64,000 nucleotides of DNA. Source: an uncultured Gemmatimonadales bacterium (GTDB lineage: Bacteria > Gemmatimonadota > Gemmatimonadetes > Longimicrobiales > Gaopeijiaceae). Shown here one piece after another: positions 21,135 to 30,331 of this stretch. The stretch covers positions 2,944,001 through 3,008,000 of the forward strand of contig CAWELD010000003.1 of NCBI GenBank assembly GCA_963809895.1. The letters run 5' to 3'. The position numbers and the translations under genes are program-made. The stretch's first letter is position 1. The number at the start of each line of letters is the position of its first letter. Below the pieces are notes generated by a model. The model had not been told where the DNA came from, searched no databases, and saw only the letters and a program-made list of their open reading frames with translations.

Positions 21135-22517
21135 ATGCCCAATCACAAAGGCCTGGTGGAGATCCAGGACAGTGCGAACAACCCGACCATCGTTCTCGAC
21201 GGGGAGACCGGCGATGTGGTCGCTGGCGGCTCCGGCCAGGACGGGCTCCTGGTGGCTAGCGACGGCGCGGGCAACGAGCGAGTTCGAGTGGACGGGTCGA
21301 CGGGAACGGTGGAGGTGCTCTCGCCGAGCGGCGATCCGGTGGTCCTCGTGGACGGCACCGAAGGAGACGTGGTCATCTACCGCATGGTCGGGGGCGCCAA
21401 CCGCGAGGCTCTCCGCTTCGATGCCAGCTCCGCCGCCCTCACCCTGGGGGCACAGGACTGCGAAGGCGACCTGCTGATACGGGATCAGGCCGGACGAACG
21501 GTCCTCCGTTTCGATGCCTCTTCGTCGGCCCTGTACGTGGGCGCGGAGGGGAACGAAGGCGACATCGTGGTCCGGAACGGCAACGGAGACTATGCCTTCC
21601 AGGTGGACGGCAACACCGGCAACCTGTGGGTTCGCCGCCGGATCGGCCGAACGCTCCGCAACGTGCTCCACTTCGATGCCGTCCACGCCGCGCTCTACAT
21701 CGGGTGTCAGGGCAACGAAGGCGACCTCATCATCCAGGACGGAGGAGGCCGGGACGTCTTCCGTTTCGATTCCAACCGGGCGGCCCTCTACCTGGGCCAG
21801 ACCGGCAACGAGGGCGATCTCATCGTGCGCGACGGTGGAGGCAGACAGGTCTTCCACTTCGACTCCAGCCATGCCGCTCTCTATCTCGGGGCCGACGGGA
21901 ACGAGGGGGACCTGATCATCCGGGACGGTGATGGACGGGACGTCTTCCGATTCGACGCCAACTACGCGCTTCTCGACGTCGGCGCGGCCGGGAACGAGGG
22001 CGACATCCGGGTCCGGGACAACGACGGAGACGTGCGTATCCACCTGGACGGCAACTCCGGAGACATCAAGCTCCTGGGCGCCGACTGTGCCGAGGACTTC
22101 GAGGTCGACACGCCCGACGCGGCCGAAGACGGAACGGTCCTGGTCATCAACGACGACGGGCGCCTGGAGCCCAGCGCCCACGCCTACGATCGGCGGGTGG
22201 CAGGCGTGATCTCGGGAGCCGGGGGCTACCGCCCCGGACTGATCCTCGACCGGAAACCCGGCCAGGGCGCGAACGGACGGTCCGACACCGCACCTCCGGG
22301 ACGACGTCCCATCGCCCTCACCGGCAAGGTCTTCTGCTGGGTGGACGCCGCTTACGGACCCATCGGTGTGGGCGACCTTCTCACGACTTCGGACACCCCC
22401 GGCCACGCCATGCGCGCCGCCGATCCCCTGAGGGCCTTCGGTGCCGTCATCGGGAAGGCGCTCGGCCGCCTGGAGCGTGGGCGTGGCCTGGTGCCGGTCC
22501 TGGTCGCTCTCCAATAG
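21135..22517 (+). CDS. Beta-repeat fibre-like protein (460 aa) with a putative C-terminal autocleaving intramolecular-chaperone domain
   Basis: Six 31-aa repeats FDxxxAALYLGxxGNEGDLIIRDGxGRxVFx, then GA-DCAEDF..VAGVIS..ALTGKV..GDLLTTS..G.AM; GAGG SD; no signal peptide. Confidence 0.7.
   Translation: MPNHKGLVEIQDSANNPTIVLDGETGDVVAGGSGQDGLLVASDGAGNERVRVDGSTGTVEVLSPSGDPVVLVDGTEGDVVIYRMVGGANREALRFDASSAALTLGAQDCEGDLLIRDQAGRTVLRFDASSSALYVGAEGNEGDIVVRNGNGDYAFQVDGNTGNLWVRRRIGRTLRNVLHFDAVHAALYIGCQGNEGDLIIQDGGGRDVFRFDSNRAALYLGQTGNEGDLIVRDGGGRQVFHFDSSHAALYLGADGNEGDLIIRDGDGRDVFRFDANYALLDVGAAGNEGDIRVRDNDGDVRIHLDGNSGDIKLLGADCAEDFEVDTPDAAEDGTVLVINDDGRLEPSAHAYDRRVAGVISGAGGYRPGLILDRKPGQGANGRSDTAPPGRRPIALTGKVFCWVDAAYGPIGVGDLLTTSDTPGHAMRAADPLRAFGAVIGKALGRLERGRGLVPVLVALQ
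21417..22043 (+). repeat. Intragenic 93-bp (31-aa) repeats: two copies, a 23-aa spacer, then four copies
   Basis: Recurrent TTCGA(T/C)...GGCAACGA(A/G)GGCGA(C/T)CT-like units. Confidence 0.85.
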
Positions 22518-22528
22518 GAGCCGGAGAC

Positions 22529-23248
22529 ATGGCATCGATTCGTAGCCTGGCCGCCTGCATGGGGCTCTCCGGAGACCTCTCCGTTCTCGGAGACCTCTTC
22601 GGGTTCTTCCGGCGACAGGTGCCCCCCGATCCCACCGGGGCTGCCACCCAGGTCTCGCTCAAGACCCAACTCCAACGCCTGGGCGGACGCCATCACCACC
22701 TCAACGTCATCGCCGTCGGCGTCGATCAGTTCACGGACAGCGACGACATCCAGGTGGACTACGCCATCTACCGTCTGAGGACGATCTGGAGCCAGGTGTC
22801 GTTGGGTGTGGGTCGAATCCAGCATTGGGGTGTGGATACCGCCGATGCGGGGGGGCTGGACACACCCACGTCCAAGGGCGATCTGGAAGACATCACCGAC
22901 AGCTGGACCGTCGCCAACGACGGCATCGACATGTTCATCCCCCACAACATGAACATCCCCAGCGACGGAGGAATCATCCTGGGCCGGTCGGCCATCGACG
23001 GCCCCTGCGAGGACAAGGACGACAAGGGGATGAACGGGTCCACCGCCGGGCTGTGGGGTAGTGAGCAGACGGCGCGCACCTTCGCCCACGAGCTGGGCCA
23101 CTACCTGGGCCTCGAACACAAGAATGGGAGCCCGAGCAATCTGATGTGCCAGAGTGGCAAGGCCAGCAGTACGCGCAATTCGGTGAACCTCACCAGTGGC
23201 CAGGGAAGTGACATGCGCGACCACTGCCTGGTCCGAGGGGGATGCTGA
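22529..23248 (+). CDS. Metzincin zinc metalloprotease (pappalysin/M43-like)
   Basis: HELGHYLGLEH at 23087-23119, Met-turn NLM, C-terminal LTSGQGSDM; no signal peptide. Confidence 0.82.
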   Translation: MASIRSLAACMGLSGDLSVLGDLFGFFRRQVPPDPTGAATQVSLKTQLQRLGGRHHHLNVIAVGVDQFTDSDDIQVDYAIYRLRTIWSQVSLGVGRIQHWGVDTADAGGLDTPTSKGDLEDITDSWTVANDGIDMFIPHNMNIPSDGGIILGRSAIDGPCEDKDDKGMNGSTAGLWGSEQTARTFAHELGHYLGLEHKNGSPSNLMCQSGKASSTRNSVNLTSGQGSDMRDHCLVRGGC

Positions 23249-24270
23249 TGATGACACGGAAGCCGACCCACGGTGGCGGTGACTTTCTGCACGCGGAAGC
23301 CTACGAGCTCGAGGAGCTCCGTTCCGCCGTGTTCCAGGGCTCGGATCGCCTGCCCCGTCCGCTGGCCCTGGGGCTGCTCGCCCGCAAGGCCTATCCCGAA
23401 AAGACCGACGACTTCGCGCGACTGCTCATGAACGACGATGAGCCTCCGGGCCTCCGTAAGGTGGCCGCCCACGAGTTGGCCCGCATGGACGCGCCCGAGG
23501 CCACGACCCTGCTTCGGGAAGCGCTCTCGGTCCGCGACCCGCTGGTGAAGCAGGACGTGATCGCGGCGCTGGCCCGGGTGGGCGGCGACGAGGAGTTGAA
23601 GGCGGTGCGTGGCTTCCGCGACCGCAAGACGGGAGACGTCGCTCGATCCGCGCAGTGGACGTCGCAACTGTTGACCTACCTGACCGGCGCCCGGGGGAAC
23701 GGTGTGCCGATGCCGCCGCGACGCACCTGGCGGCCGGCCGATGAACGGCGAGCCCAGCCCGTCGAGGTCGCGAAGGCGCGCGGCAAGCGCCTCGAGGCCG
23801 CTCTGGACGGGGCGCGTCAGGCGATCCCGGCGGCCGGGCTGAGCCCGGAGGGGGGCCTGGCCCTGACGTGCGGGGACCGAGAGATGGTGCTCCTGCTGCG
23901 AGAGGGAATCTCGCAGGGTGGTGCCCAGGCCTTGCGGGACTCCCGAACCGTGGCGGCGGTGATCACCGAGCGCCACACCCTCGAAGACGAGAGCTGGGAG
24001 ATCCGCTTCCTCGTCCTCACCGAACCCTCGGACGACGAGACCGCGCTACGGGTCCTGGTGTGCACGCCCCGCGGCGTCGTGCGCTTCGTGGGAACGCTCG
24101 CCCTGAAGGGCGACACCCCAGGAGCCTTCGAGCTCGTGGGCGTCGACGGGCCCGGCGCCATCCCCCTCCTGGCGGACGGGGTGTTGGACGAGGGCGTCGT
24201 CCGCTTCGACCGGCTCCTGGCGGAGCAGCGCACCCGGCCCGGAAGTGGACGCGGGGTGCGGAAGCGCTGA
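23242..24270 (+). CDS. HEAT/PBS-repeat protein with an unrecognised beta-rich C-terminal domain
   Basis: LRKVAAHELARM..LLREALSVRDPLVKQDVIAALARVGG; ATGs at 23242/23248 overlap the protease stop. Confidence 0.7.
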   Translation: MLMMTRKPTHGGGDFLHAEAYELEELRSAVFQGSDRLPRPLALGLLARKAYPEKTDDFARLLMNDDEPPGLRKVAAHELARMDAPEATTLLREALSVRDPLVKQDVIAALARVGGDEELKAVRGFRDRKTGDVARSAQWTSQLLTYLTGARGNGVPMPPRRTWRPADERRAQPVEVAKARGKRLEAALDGARQAIPAAGLSPEGGLALTCGDREMVLLLREGISQGGAQALRDSRTVAAVITERHTLEDESWEIRFLVLTEPSDDETALRVLVCTPRGVVRFVGTLALKGDTPGAFELVGVDGPGAIPLLADGVLDEGVVRFDRLLAEQRTRPGSGRGVRKR

Positions 24271-24364
24271 ACCATTCCGACGCCCGGGTGACTCGCGGCG
24301 CATCCTTCCCTTACATTGGCGCTCGCGGAGCCGCACGGCAGCATCCCTCTCACCCGGGCGTCCC

Positions 24365-26019
24365 GTGGCATCCAACTCCGTCCATCTGGATCGGGGCCGA
24401 CGCGCCTTCGAACAGCGATCGTGGGAGCTCGCCCACGACGCCCTGCGGGCAGCGCACGACGCCGGTCCGCTGGCGCCCGCCGACCTCTGGCGCCTCGCGC
24501 TCACCGCGTACCTGCTCGGTCTCGCCGAGGAGTTCGTCGACACCGCGCAGGAGGCCTACAAGGCATGCCTGCTGGAGGAGGACGGCCCCGCGGCCGCCCG
24601 CTGCGCCTTCTGGCTCGGATTCCACCTCGCCAATCGCGGCGACATCGCCCAGGCCAGCGGCTGGTTCGGCCGAGCGGGACGTCTGCTGGACGAGTTCGGG
24701 GGCGAACATCCGGAGCGCGGCTACCTTCTCATTCCCGCCGGATATCGGCGCTTCGTGGAGGGCGCCTACGAGGACTCGGCGACCATCGCGGCGCAGGCGC
24801 TGCGACATCGGACGACGTTTCGGCGAAGCGGATCTGGTCGCGCTGGCTCTGCACCTCCAGGGTCGTGCACGCCTGCGGCAGGCCCGGATCGACGAGGGCC
24901 TGGCGCTGCTGGACGAGGCCATGGTGGACGTGTCCACCGGTGAGCTCTCGCCACAGACCACCGGCCTCGTCTACTGCAGCGTGATCGGCGCATGCCGGGA
25001 AGTCCAGGCGCTGGGACGCGCTCACGAGTGGACCGCGGCCCTCAGCGAATGGTGCGAAGCTCAGCCGGACATGGTCGCGTACACGGGCGAGTGCCGGGTC
25101 TACCGGGCCGAGATCCTCCGCCTGCGCGGCGAGTGGCGCGATGCCATGAACGAGGCCAGGCGCGCCTCGGACCGGTTCGCCAAGGGCTCGGAGCCCGCAT
25201 CCGCGGGATCTGCCCTCTACCAGCAGGGGGAGATCCATCGCCTGCGCGGCGCGTTCGCCGCCGCGGAGGAAGCCTACAAGGCGGCCAGCCTCGAAGGTCG
25301 GGAGCCTCAGCCGGGGCTGGCGCTCCTGCGGCTGGCCCAGGGCGACGACGAGTCGGCCCTGGCCGCCATCCGGCGTGCGTTGGCAGGAACGCGCGAGCCG
25401 CGGCGGCGTGTGGCGCTCCTGCCGGCCGCCATCGAGATCCTGCTCGACGCCGGCGAGATCGCGGAGGCCCGAACCGTTCAGGACGAGCTCCGTCGGGATC
25501 GCCGACGCGTGCGCGCCGGGACTGGTGGGTGCCACGGTGCTGCAGATGGAGGGTGCCATCGCGCTGCGGGCCGGCGACGCCGACGGTGCCTTGGCACCTC
25601 TGCGCCGCGCCTGGAAGGCGTGGCGCTCCATCAACGCGCCCTACGAGGCAGCGCGCACCCGGGTGCTGCTGGGTCGGGCTTGCCTGGAGATGGGCGATCA
25701 GGACACGGCCGCAATGGAGATGGAGGCGGCCCGAGCGACCTTCGAGCGACTGGGCGCCACGCCCGATCTCGCCCGACTCGACGCGCTCACCCGGCAGCGA
25801 CGACCTGCCCCCCGTCACGGCCTCACATCGCGGGAGCTCGAGGTCCTCTCCCTCGTGGCGACGGGGCGGACCAACCGCGCCATCGGCCAGGAGCTGAGCA
25901 TCAGCGAGAAGACCGTCGCGCGCCACCTCGCCAACATCTTCACGAAGTTGGACGTTTCCTCGCGCACCGCCGCCACGGCCTACGCGTACGAGCACGGCCT
26001 CCTGGAGCCGTCTACATAG
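24365..26019 (+). CDS. TPR-like / LuxR C-terminal HTH regulator; two frameshifts (near 24805 and 25495)
   Basis: [73 protein letters not shown] across three frames. Confidence 0.85.
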
Positions 26020-26161
26020 AACGACCCATGCGCCGCACGTTCCGAAAAATGGGTGATTCGCCCGAAGCGGCGGCCGGGAGAGCCTTCGTAGCGTAGACGT
26101 GGACCTGCGGCAGCGGACCGAGCAGAACCGCAGGCGCACATCGGCAGCGCGAGGAGGCAGC

Positions 26162-27322
26162 ATGTACGACCCACCCCAACGAATCGAGACGCTGGTGATC
26201 GGCGCGGGACAGGCCGGACTCTCGGTGGGATACCATCTGTCGAGGCTCGACCGCCCCTTCCTGATCCTCGACGGCCGCGACCGGATCGGCGATGCGTGGC
26301 GGGAGCGTTGGGATTCCCTCCGGCTGTTCACCCCCGCACGGTTCGACGGTCTCGATGGGATGCCGTTCCCTGCCCCACCCTTCCATTTCCCGACCAAGGA
26401 CGAGATGGCGGACTACCTGGAGGCGTACGCGTCGCGCTTCAGGCTCCCCGTGCAGACCGGCGTCAGGGTGGAACGCCTCTCACGGCGGGGGGATCACTTC
26501 CTGGTGGAGGCCGGCGAGGAATCCTGGAAGGCGGACAACGTCGTGGTGGCGATGGCGAACTATCAGGAGCCCCGGACCCCCGACTTCGCCCGGGAGCTCG
26601 ACCCCGACATCGTGCAGTTGCATTCCGCCGCGTATCGCAATCCCGGGCAGCTCGCCGAGGGTCCAGTGCTCCTGGTGGGTGCCGGCAACTCGGCTTCCGA
26701 GATCGCACGCGAGCTGGCGCCGCTTCACGAGGTCTGGATGTCGGGGCGGAACACCGGGGAGCTTCCTTTCCGCGTCGCCGGCTGGGTGGGGCGGGCCGGG
26801 ATGGTCAAGCTGGTCCTGCGCGTGCTCTTCCATCGTGTGCTCACGGTCCGCACTCCCATGGGCCGCGCCATGCGCAAGAAGGTGCTCCACAAGGGGGGAC
26901 CCCTCATCCGGGTGAAGATGCGCGATCTGAAGCGACAGGGCGTCAAGCGCGGGCCACGCGTGCGGAGCGTCGAAGACGGGAAGCCCATGCTGGACGACGG
27001 CAGGGTCCTGGACGTGGCCAACGTCATCTGGTGCACCGGCTACCGGCCGGGGTTCGACTGGATCGACCTCCCGGTCTTCGAGGGCGAGGATCCCCGTCAG
27101 GAAAGCGGCGTCGTGCCCGAACAACCCGGGCTCTACTTCGTGGGACTCCACTTCCTGCATGCGCTGTCGTCGAGCATGATCCACGGCGTGGGTCGAGACG
27201 CGCAGCGTGTGGCGGCCGCCATCGCGGCGGGGGCCAGGCGCGAGGGCCTCAGCGAAGGGCGCGGGTCGGCTCCGTCGCCCGCACCAGCCGAGCGGGAGCC
27301 CATGCCGCAGCCACGGCCGTGA
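26162..27322 (+). CDS. Flavin-containing monooxygenase (CzcO-like FAD/NAD(P)-binding protein)
   Basis: VIGAGQAG, WDSLRLFTP, QLHSAAYRNP, VGAGNS, IWCTGY; GAGGAGG SD. Confidence 0.88.
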   Translation: MYDPPQRIETLVIGAGQAGLSVGYHLSRLDRPFLILDGRDRIGDAWRERWDSLRLFTPARFDGLDGMPFPAPPFHFPTKDEMADYLEAYASRFRLPVQTGVRVERLSRRGDHFLVEAGEESWKADNVVVAMANYQEPRTPDFARELDPDIVQLHSAAYRNPGQLAEGPVLLVGAGNSASEIARELAPLHEVWMSGRNTGELPFRVAGWVGRAGMVKLVLRVLFHRVLTVRTPMGRAMRKKVLHKGGPLIRVKMRDLKRQGVKRGPRVRSVEDGKPMLDDGRVLDVANVIWCTGYRPGFDWIDLPVFEGEDPRQESGVVPEQPGLYFVGLHFLHALSSSMIHGVGRDAQRVAAAIAAGARREGLSEGRGSAPSPAPAEREPMPQPRP

Positions 27323-29846
27323 CCAGGAGAAGCCCGGCGAACGCCGCCAGGGCGAGGGGATCGGCGGGGTCCACCCCGGGCAGCACGCTGTCCAGGTACC
27401 GATGCAGCGGCCAGTAGACGAGCAGGCCCAGCGCCGCACCGGCTCCGACGGTGGCGAAGGTGCCCGCGAGCACGCGACCCACGAGTCGTCCGACGGGCGC
27501 TCCCAGCGCCATGCGAACACCCATCTCGTGATGCCTCAACCGGGCCTCGTACAGCAAGGTTCCCGCCAGCCCCGCGCACGCCAGCACCAGCGCAGCGGCC
27601 GCGAAGAAGGCCAGAACGAGGGCGAAGAACCGGAACCGCGCCCAGGATTCCCCCATCACGTCCGTCATGGGCCGCAGGTCGTCCACCACGGCACGGGGCG
27701 CCACTTCCGCCACCGCCGATCGCACCACTTCCATGGCGGGTGGCGCGGCCGCGCGCAGCACGAAGGTCAGCCCCGACGCCCACGCGCCCCGGGGGGCGTA
27801 CGGAAGGTAGAATTCCGGCTCCACGGGCTGATCGGCCCCCCAATGGTGCACATCGGCGATGACACCCACCACGCGCAGATCGATGGATGCGAAGCGTAGC
27901 GGACGGTCCACCGCGTCTCCGTCCGGGAAGAGCTGCTCCGCGGCGGTTTCGTTCAGCACGATGGGCACGACACCGTCGGAGCGGTCCCCGGCGCCGAAAC
28001 CACCGCCCGCCACGAAGTCGATGCCCAACGCCCCGAAGTAGCCGGGCACCACCGGATCGACCCAGGCGCGGTCGATCTCCCGGTCGCGGTCGACGAGCTC
28101 GCCGAGCCAGCAGCAGCGGTTGCCTCCGCTGATCTGGAAGGGCACGGTGAGCCCGGCCCCCACCACCGACACCCCCGGCAGCGCAGCGAGCCGGTCGCGA
28201 ACACGCGCGGCGTTCACGGCGCGTTCGTCTTCCGTGGCATCGCGCCCGACATTGATGCCCACGGCGTAGGCGTTCTCGGGCACGAATCCGGGATCCAGCG
28301 ACATGAGGCCGGTGAGACCACGGATCACCGCGAGGGAGCCGACGAGCAGCAACGAGGCCATGGCCGCTTCGCCGACCACCAGCCAGCGGCCTCCCATCGC
28401 GCGGGTGCGCCCGCGACTTCCGGCCTGCGCTCGGCGCAGAAGCGATGCCGGTGCGACCCGCGCTCCACGCCAGGCCGGCACCAGGCCCGCCACCACCCCG
28501 GTGACCATCGCCATGGCGAGCCCGACCCCGGCCATCGGCAGGTTCAAGGCCACATGGTCCATCCCCGGCAGGCGCCCCGGCTCGAGCGCCTTCACGGCGT
28601 CCACGCCCAGCACGGCCAGCACCAGCCCCAGCAGCCCTCCGCCCAGCGCCAGCAGCACCGCCTCCGCGAGAAGCTGGGCCACGATGGCCGTGTGGCCCCC
28701 TCCCAACGCCCGCCGCGCCGCGAACTCGCCCTGGCGGGCCTCACCCCGGGCCAGCAGCAAGCTGCCCGCATTGCCGCAAGCCACCAGCAGCAGGAGCGTC
28801 GCCCCCGCCAGGAGCACCAGGAGCGGCCCCCGGGCATCACCGTTGGTGGCCTCCGCCAGCGTCTCCGGTGAAAAAGTGCGCCGAGGTGAGCCGTCGTCTT
28901 CGGCGTAGGTATCGGGGAACTCCCGCGCGAAGTCCCGGGCGCGCTCCAGCAGTTGTGCGGCCGCGTCGTCGAGGCTCGCCCCGGGCGCCAGCCGACCCAC
29001 CACGTTGAAGCTGCGGTCGTGGCGGGTCAGGTCGGGATCCGTGGGATCCACCGGTACCCACAGCTCCACGCCACCCCCCGTCAGCGCGACGGGCGCCTGG
29101 AAGTCCGGCGCCAGAATCCCCACGACCTCCACCGGCGCACCGTCCACGGACACCGTCGAGCCCACCAGGTCGGGATCGGCGCCCCAGCGCCGCTCCCAGG
29201 CGTCGTGGCCGACGACCGCCACCCTCCGGCCTTCGCGGTATTCAGCGCCGGACGGCAGGCGCCCCCGCTCCGCCCGCGCGCCCAGGAGCTCCAGAAGATG
29301 CTCACTCACGCGCGCCCCTTCGATGTCCCGGGGCACGTCGTCGGTCAGGGTGAAGGTCTGTCCGGAGGCTGCGGCCAGAGTCTCGAAGGCCGGCACCGTC
29401 CGGGTCCAGTCCTGGAAGTCGGGCCAACTGTGCGCGCCGTCCTGCACCACGGCCAGCCGGTCCGGCTGAGGATACGGAAGACGACGCAACAGCACGCCGT
29501 CCACCACGGACAGCACGGTGAGCGTAGCCCCCAGACCCAGCGCCAACAGCCCCACCACCCCGGCGTTGACGCCCCGATCGCGCACCACCGAGCGAACTGC
29601 CTGCCGGACCGCGTTCCCCATCCCCATGCCGCCCCCCCGCCCCCACCACTCCTCCACGGCTCCCCTGAGCACCCCGATCCATCCTCGCCACGCCACGCCC
29701 AGCGCGGCGGCGGATCCACCGCGTGCACGTGCGTCACGCACGGTGCGTCGAAAGAGCGCCACGCTCTCCTCGCCGTGCTCCCTCCGGAAGCTCCGGGGCA
29801 GCAGCAGGAGGAGGGCTCGGTAGACCCACGCCGCCAGGCGGGTCAT
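27249..29846 (-). CDS. ADOP-type duplicated ABC permease (divergent) with N-terminal prefix
   Basis: LALGLGATLTVLSVVDGVLLRRLPY, LLVACGNAGSL, LDPGF, EMGVRMALGA; ATGA overlap with padR; 74-nt convergent overlap with the monooxygenase. Confidence 0.9.
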   Translation of the reverse strand: MTRLAAWVYRALLLLLPRSFRREHGEESVALFRRTVRDARARGGSAAALGVAWRGWIGVLRGAVEEWWGRGGGMGMGNAVRQAVRSVVRDRGVNAGVVGLLALGLGATLTVLSVVDGVLLRRLPYPQPDRLAVVQDGAHSWPDFQDWTRTVPAFETLAAASGQTFTLTDDVPRDIEGARVSEHLLELLGARAERGRLPSGAEYREGRRVAVVGHDAWERRWGADPDLVGSTVSVDGAPVEVVGILAPDFQAPVALTGGGVELWVPVDPTDPDLTRHDRSFNVVGRLAPGASLDDAAAQLLERARDFAREFPDTYAEDDGSPRRTFSPETLAEATNGDARGPLLVLLAGATLLLLVACGNAGSLLLARGEARQGEFAARRALGGGHTAIVAQLLAEAVLLALGGGLLGLVLAVLGVDAVKALEPGRLPGMDHVALNLPMAGVGLAMAMVTGVVAGLVPAWRGARVAPASLLRRAQAGSRGRTRAMGGRWLVVGEAAMASLLLVGSLAVIRGLTGLMSLDPGFVPENAYAVGINVGRDATEDERAVNAARVRDRLAALPGVSVVGAGLTVPFQISGGNRCCWLGELVDRDREIDRAWVDPVVPGYFGALGIDFVAGGGFGAGDRSDGVVPIVLNETAAEQLFPDGDAVDRPLRFASIDLRVVGVIADVHHWGADQPVEPEFYLPYAPRGAWASGLTFVLRAAAPPAMEVVRSAVAEVAPRAVVDDLRPMTDVMGESWARFRFFALVLAFFAAAALVLACAGLAGTLLYEARLRHHEMGVRMALGAPVGRLVGRVLAGTFATVGAGAALGLLVYWPLHRYLDSVLPGVDPADPLALAAFAGLLLVTAVAAAWAPARLVRATEPTRALR

Positions 29847-30202
29847 CCCAACACCGCCTCGCCTTCCTGGATCAGGTGCGCCTCCCGGGCCACCGCCGTG
29901 AGCCGGGCCAGGCGAGCCGCTTCGGCCGCGACCACGGCCCGCCCCAGCTCCGTGAGCTCGAAGTAGCGCCGCTGCTCGAGGGGAGCGTCGGGGTCCTGGG
30001 GCCGATCCGCCTCGTCCACGATTCCGTCGCGCCGCAGGCGCTTCAGCGACCGATAGAGATTCGCCGGGTCGAGTCCCACCTCGTCGCCCACACGGTCTCG
30101 AACGGCACCCAGGATGCCGTACCCGTGCAAGGGACCCTCCACCAATGCCAGAAGGATGAGGAAGTCGCGCGGACTCAACGGAAGATGCTCGAGAGGTTTC
30201 AT
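29843..30202 (-). CDS. PadR-family transcriptional regulator
   Basis: FLILLAL.EGPLHGYGI..LDPANLYRSLKRL..RRYFELTELGR. Confidence 0.93.
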   Translation of the reverse strand: MKPLEHLPLSPRDFLILLALVEGPLHGYGILGAVRDRVGDEVGLDPANLYRSLKRLRRDGIVDEADRPQDPDAPLEQRRYFELTELGRAVVAAEAARLARLTAVAREAHLIQEGEAVLG

Positions 30203-30210
30203 GGTCAGCC

Positions 30211-30239
30211 AGGATAGAGTGTCGATTGACCAGTGTCAA
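30211..30239 (-). promoter_or_regulatory. Sigma70-type promoter TTGACA-17-TATCCT, 8 nt before the padR ATG (near-leaderless), with palindrome TTGACACTGGTCAA over the -35
   Basis: -35 at 30239-30234, -10 at 30216-30211; no SD. Confidence 0.7.
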
Positions 30240-30331
30240 GTGACTGTGGTAGATCGACGATGGCGCGCTTGCGTCGGCCTCGGTGGCCCGGTTCTTTGGG
30301 AGCCCTGTGGATACCCCGTCCGGAGGGCAGG

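Noticed and set aside
21417..22043. 93-bp repeats as a CRISPR or non-coding array
   Set aside because: Repeats are in frame, degenerate at the DNA level with conserved amino acids, and lack unique spacers or cas genes
20724..22535. 603-aa minus-strand ORF with periodic sequence
   Set aside because: Antisense mirror of the repeat protein gene; the + strand has the SD, operon coupling and coherent motifs
27249..27322. Convergent 3' overlaps (also 6449-6460, 32440-32462, 38329-38332) as antisense regulation
   Set aside because: Common in GC-rich genomes with few stop codons; overlapping tails are low-complexity
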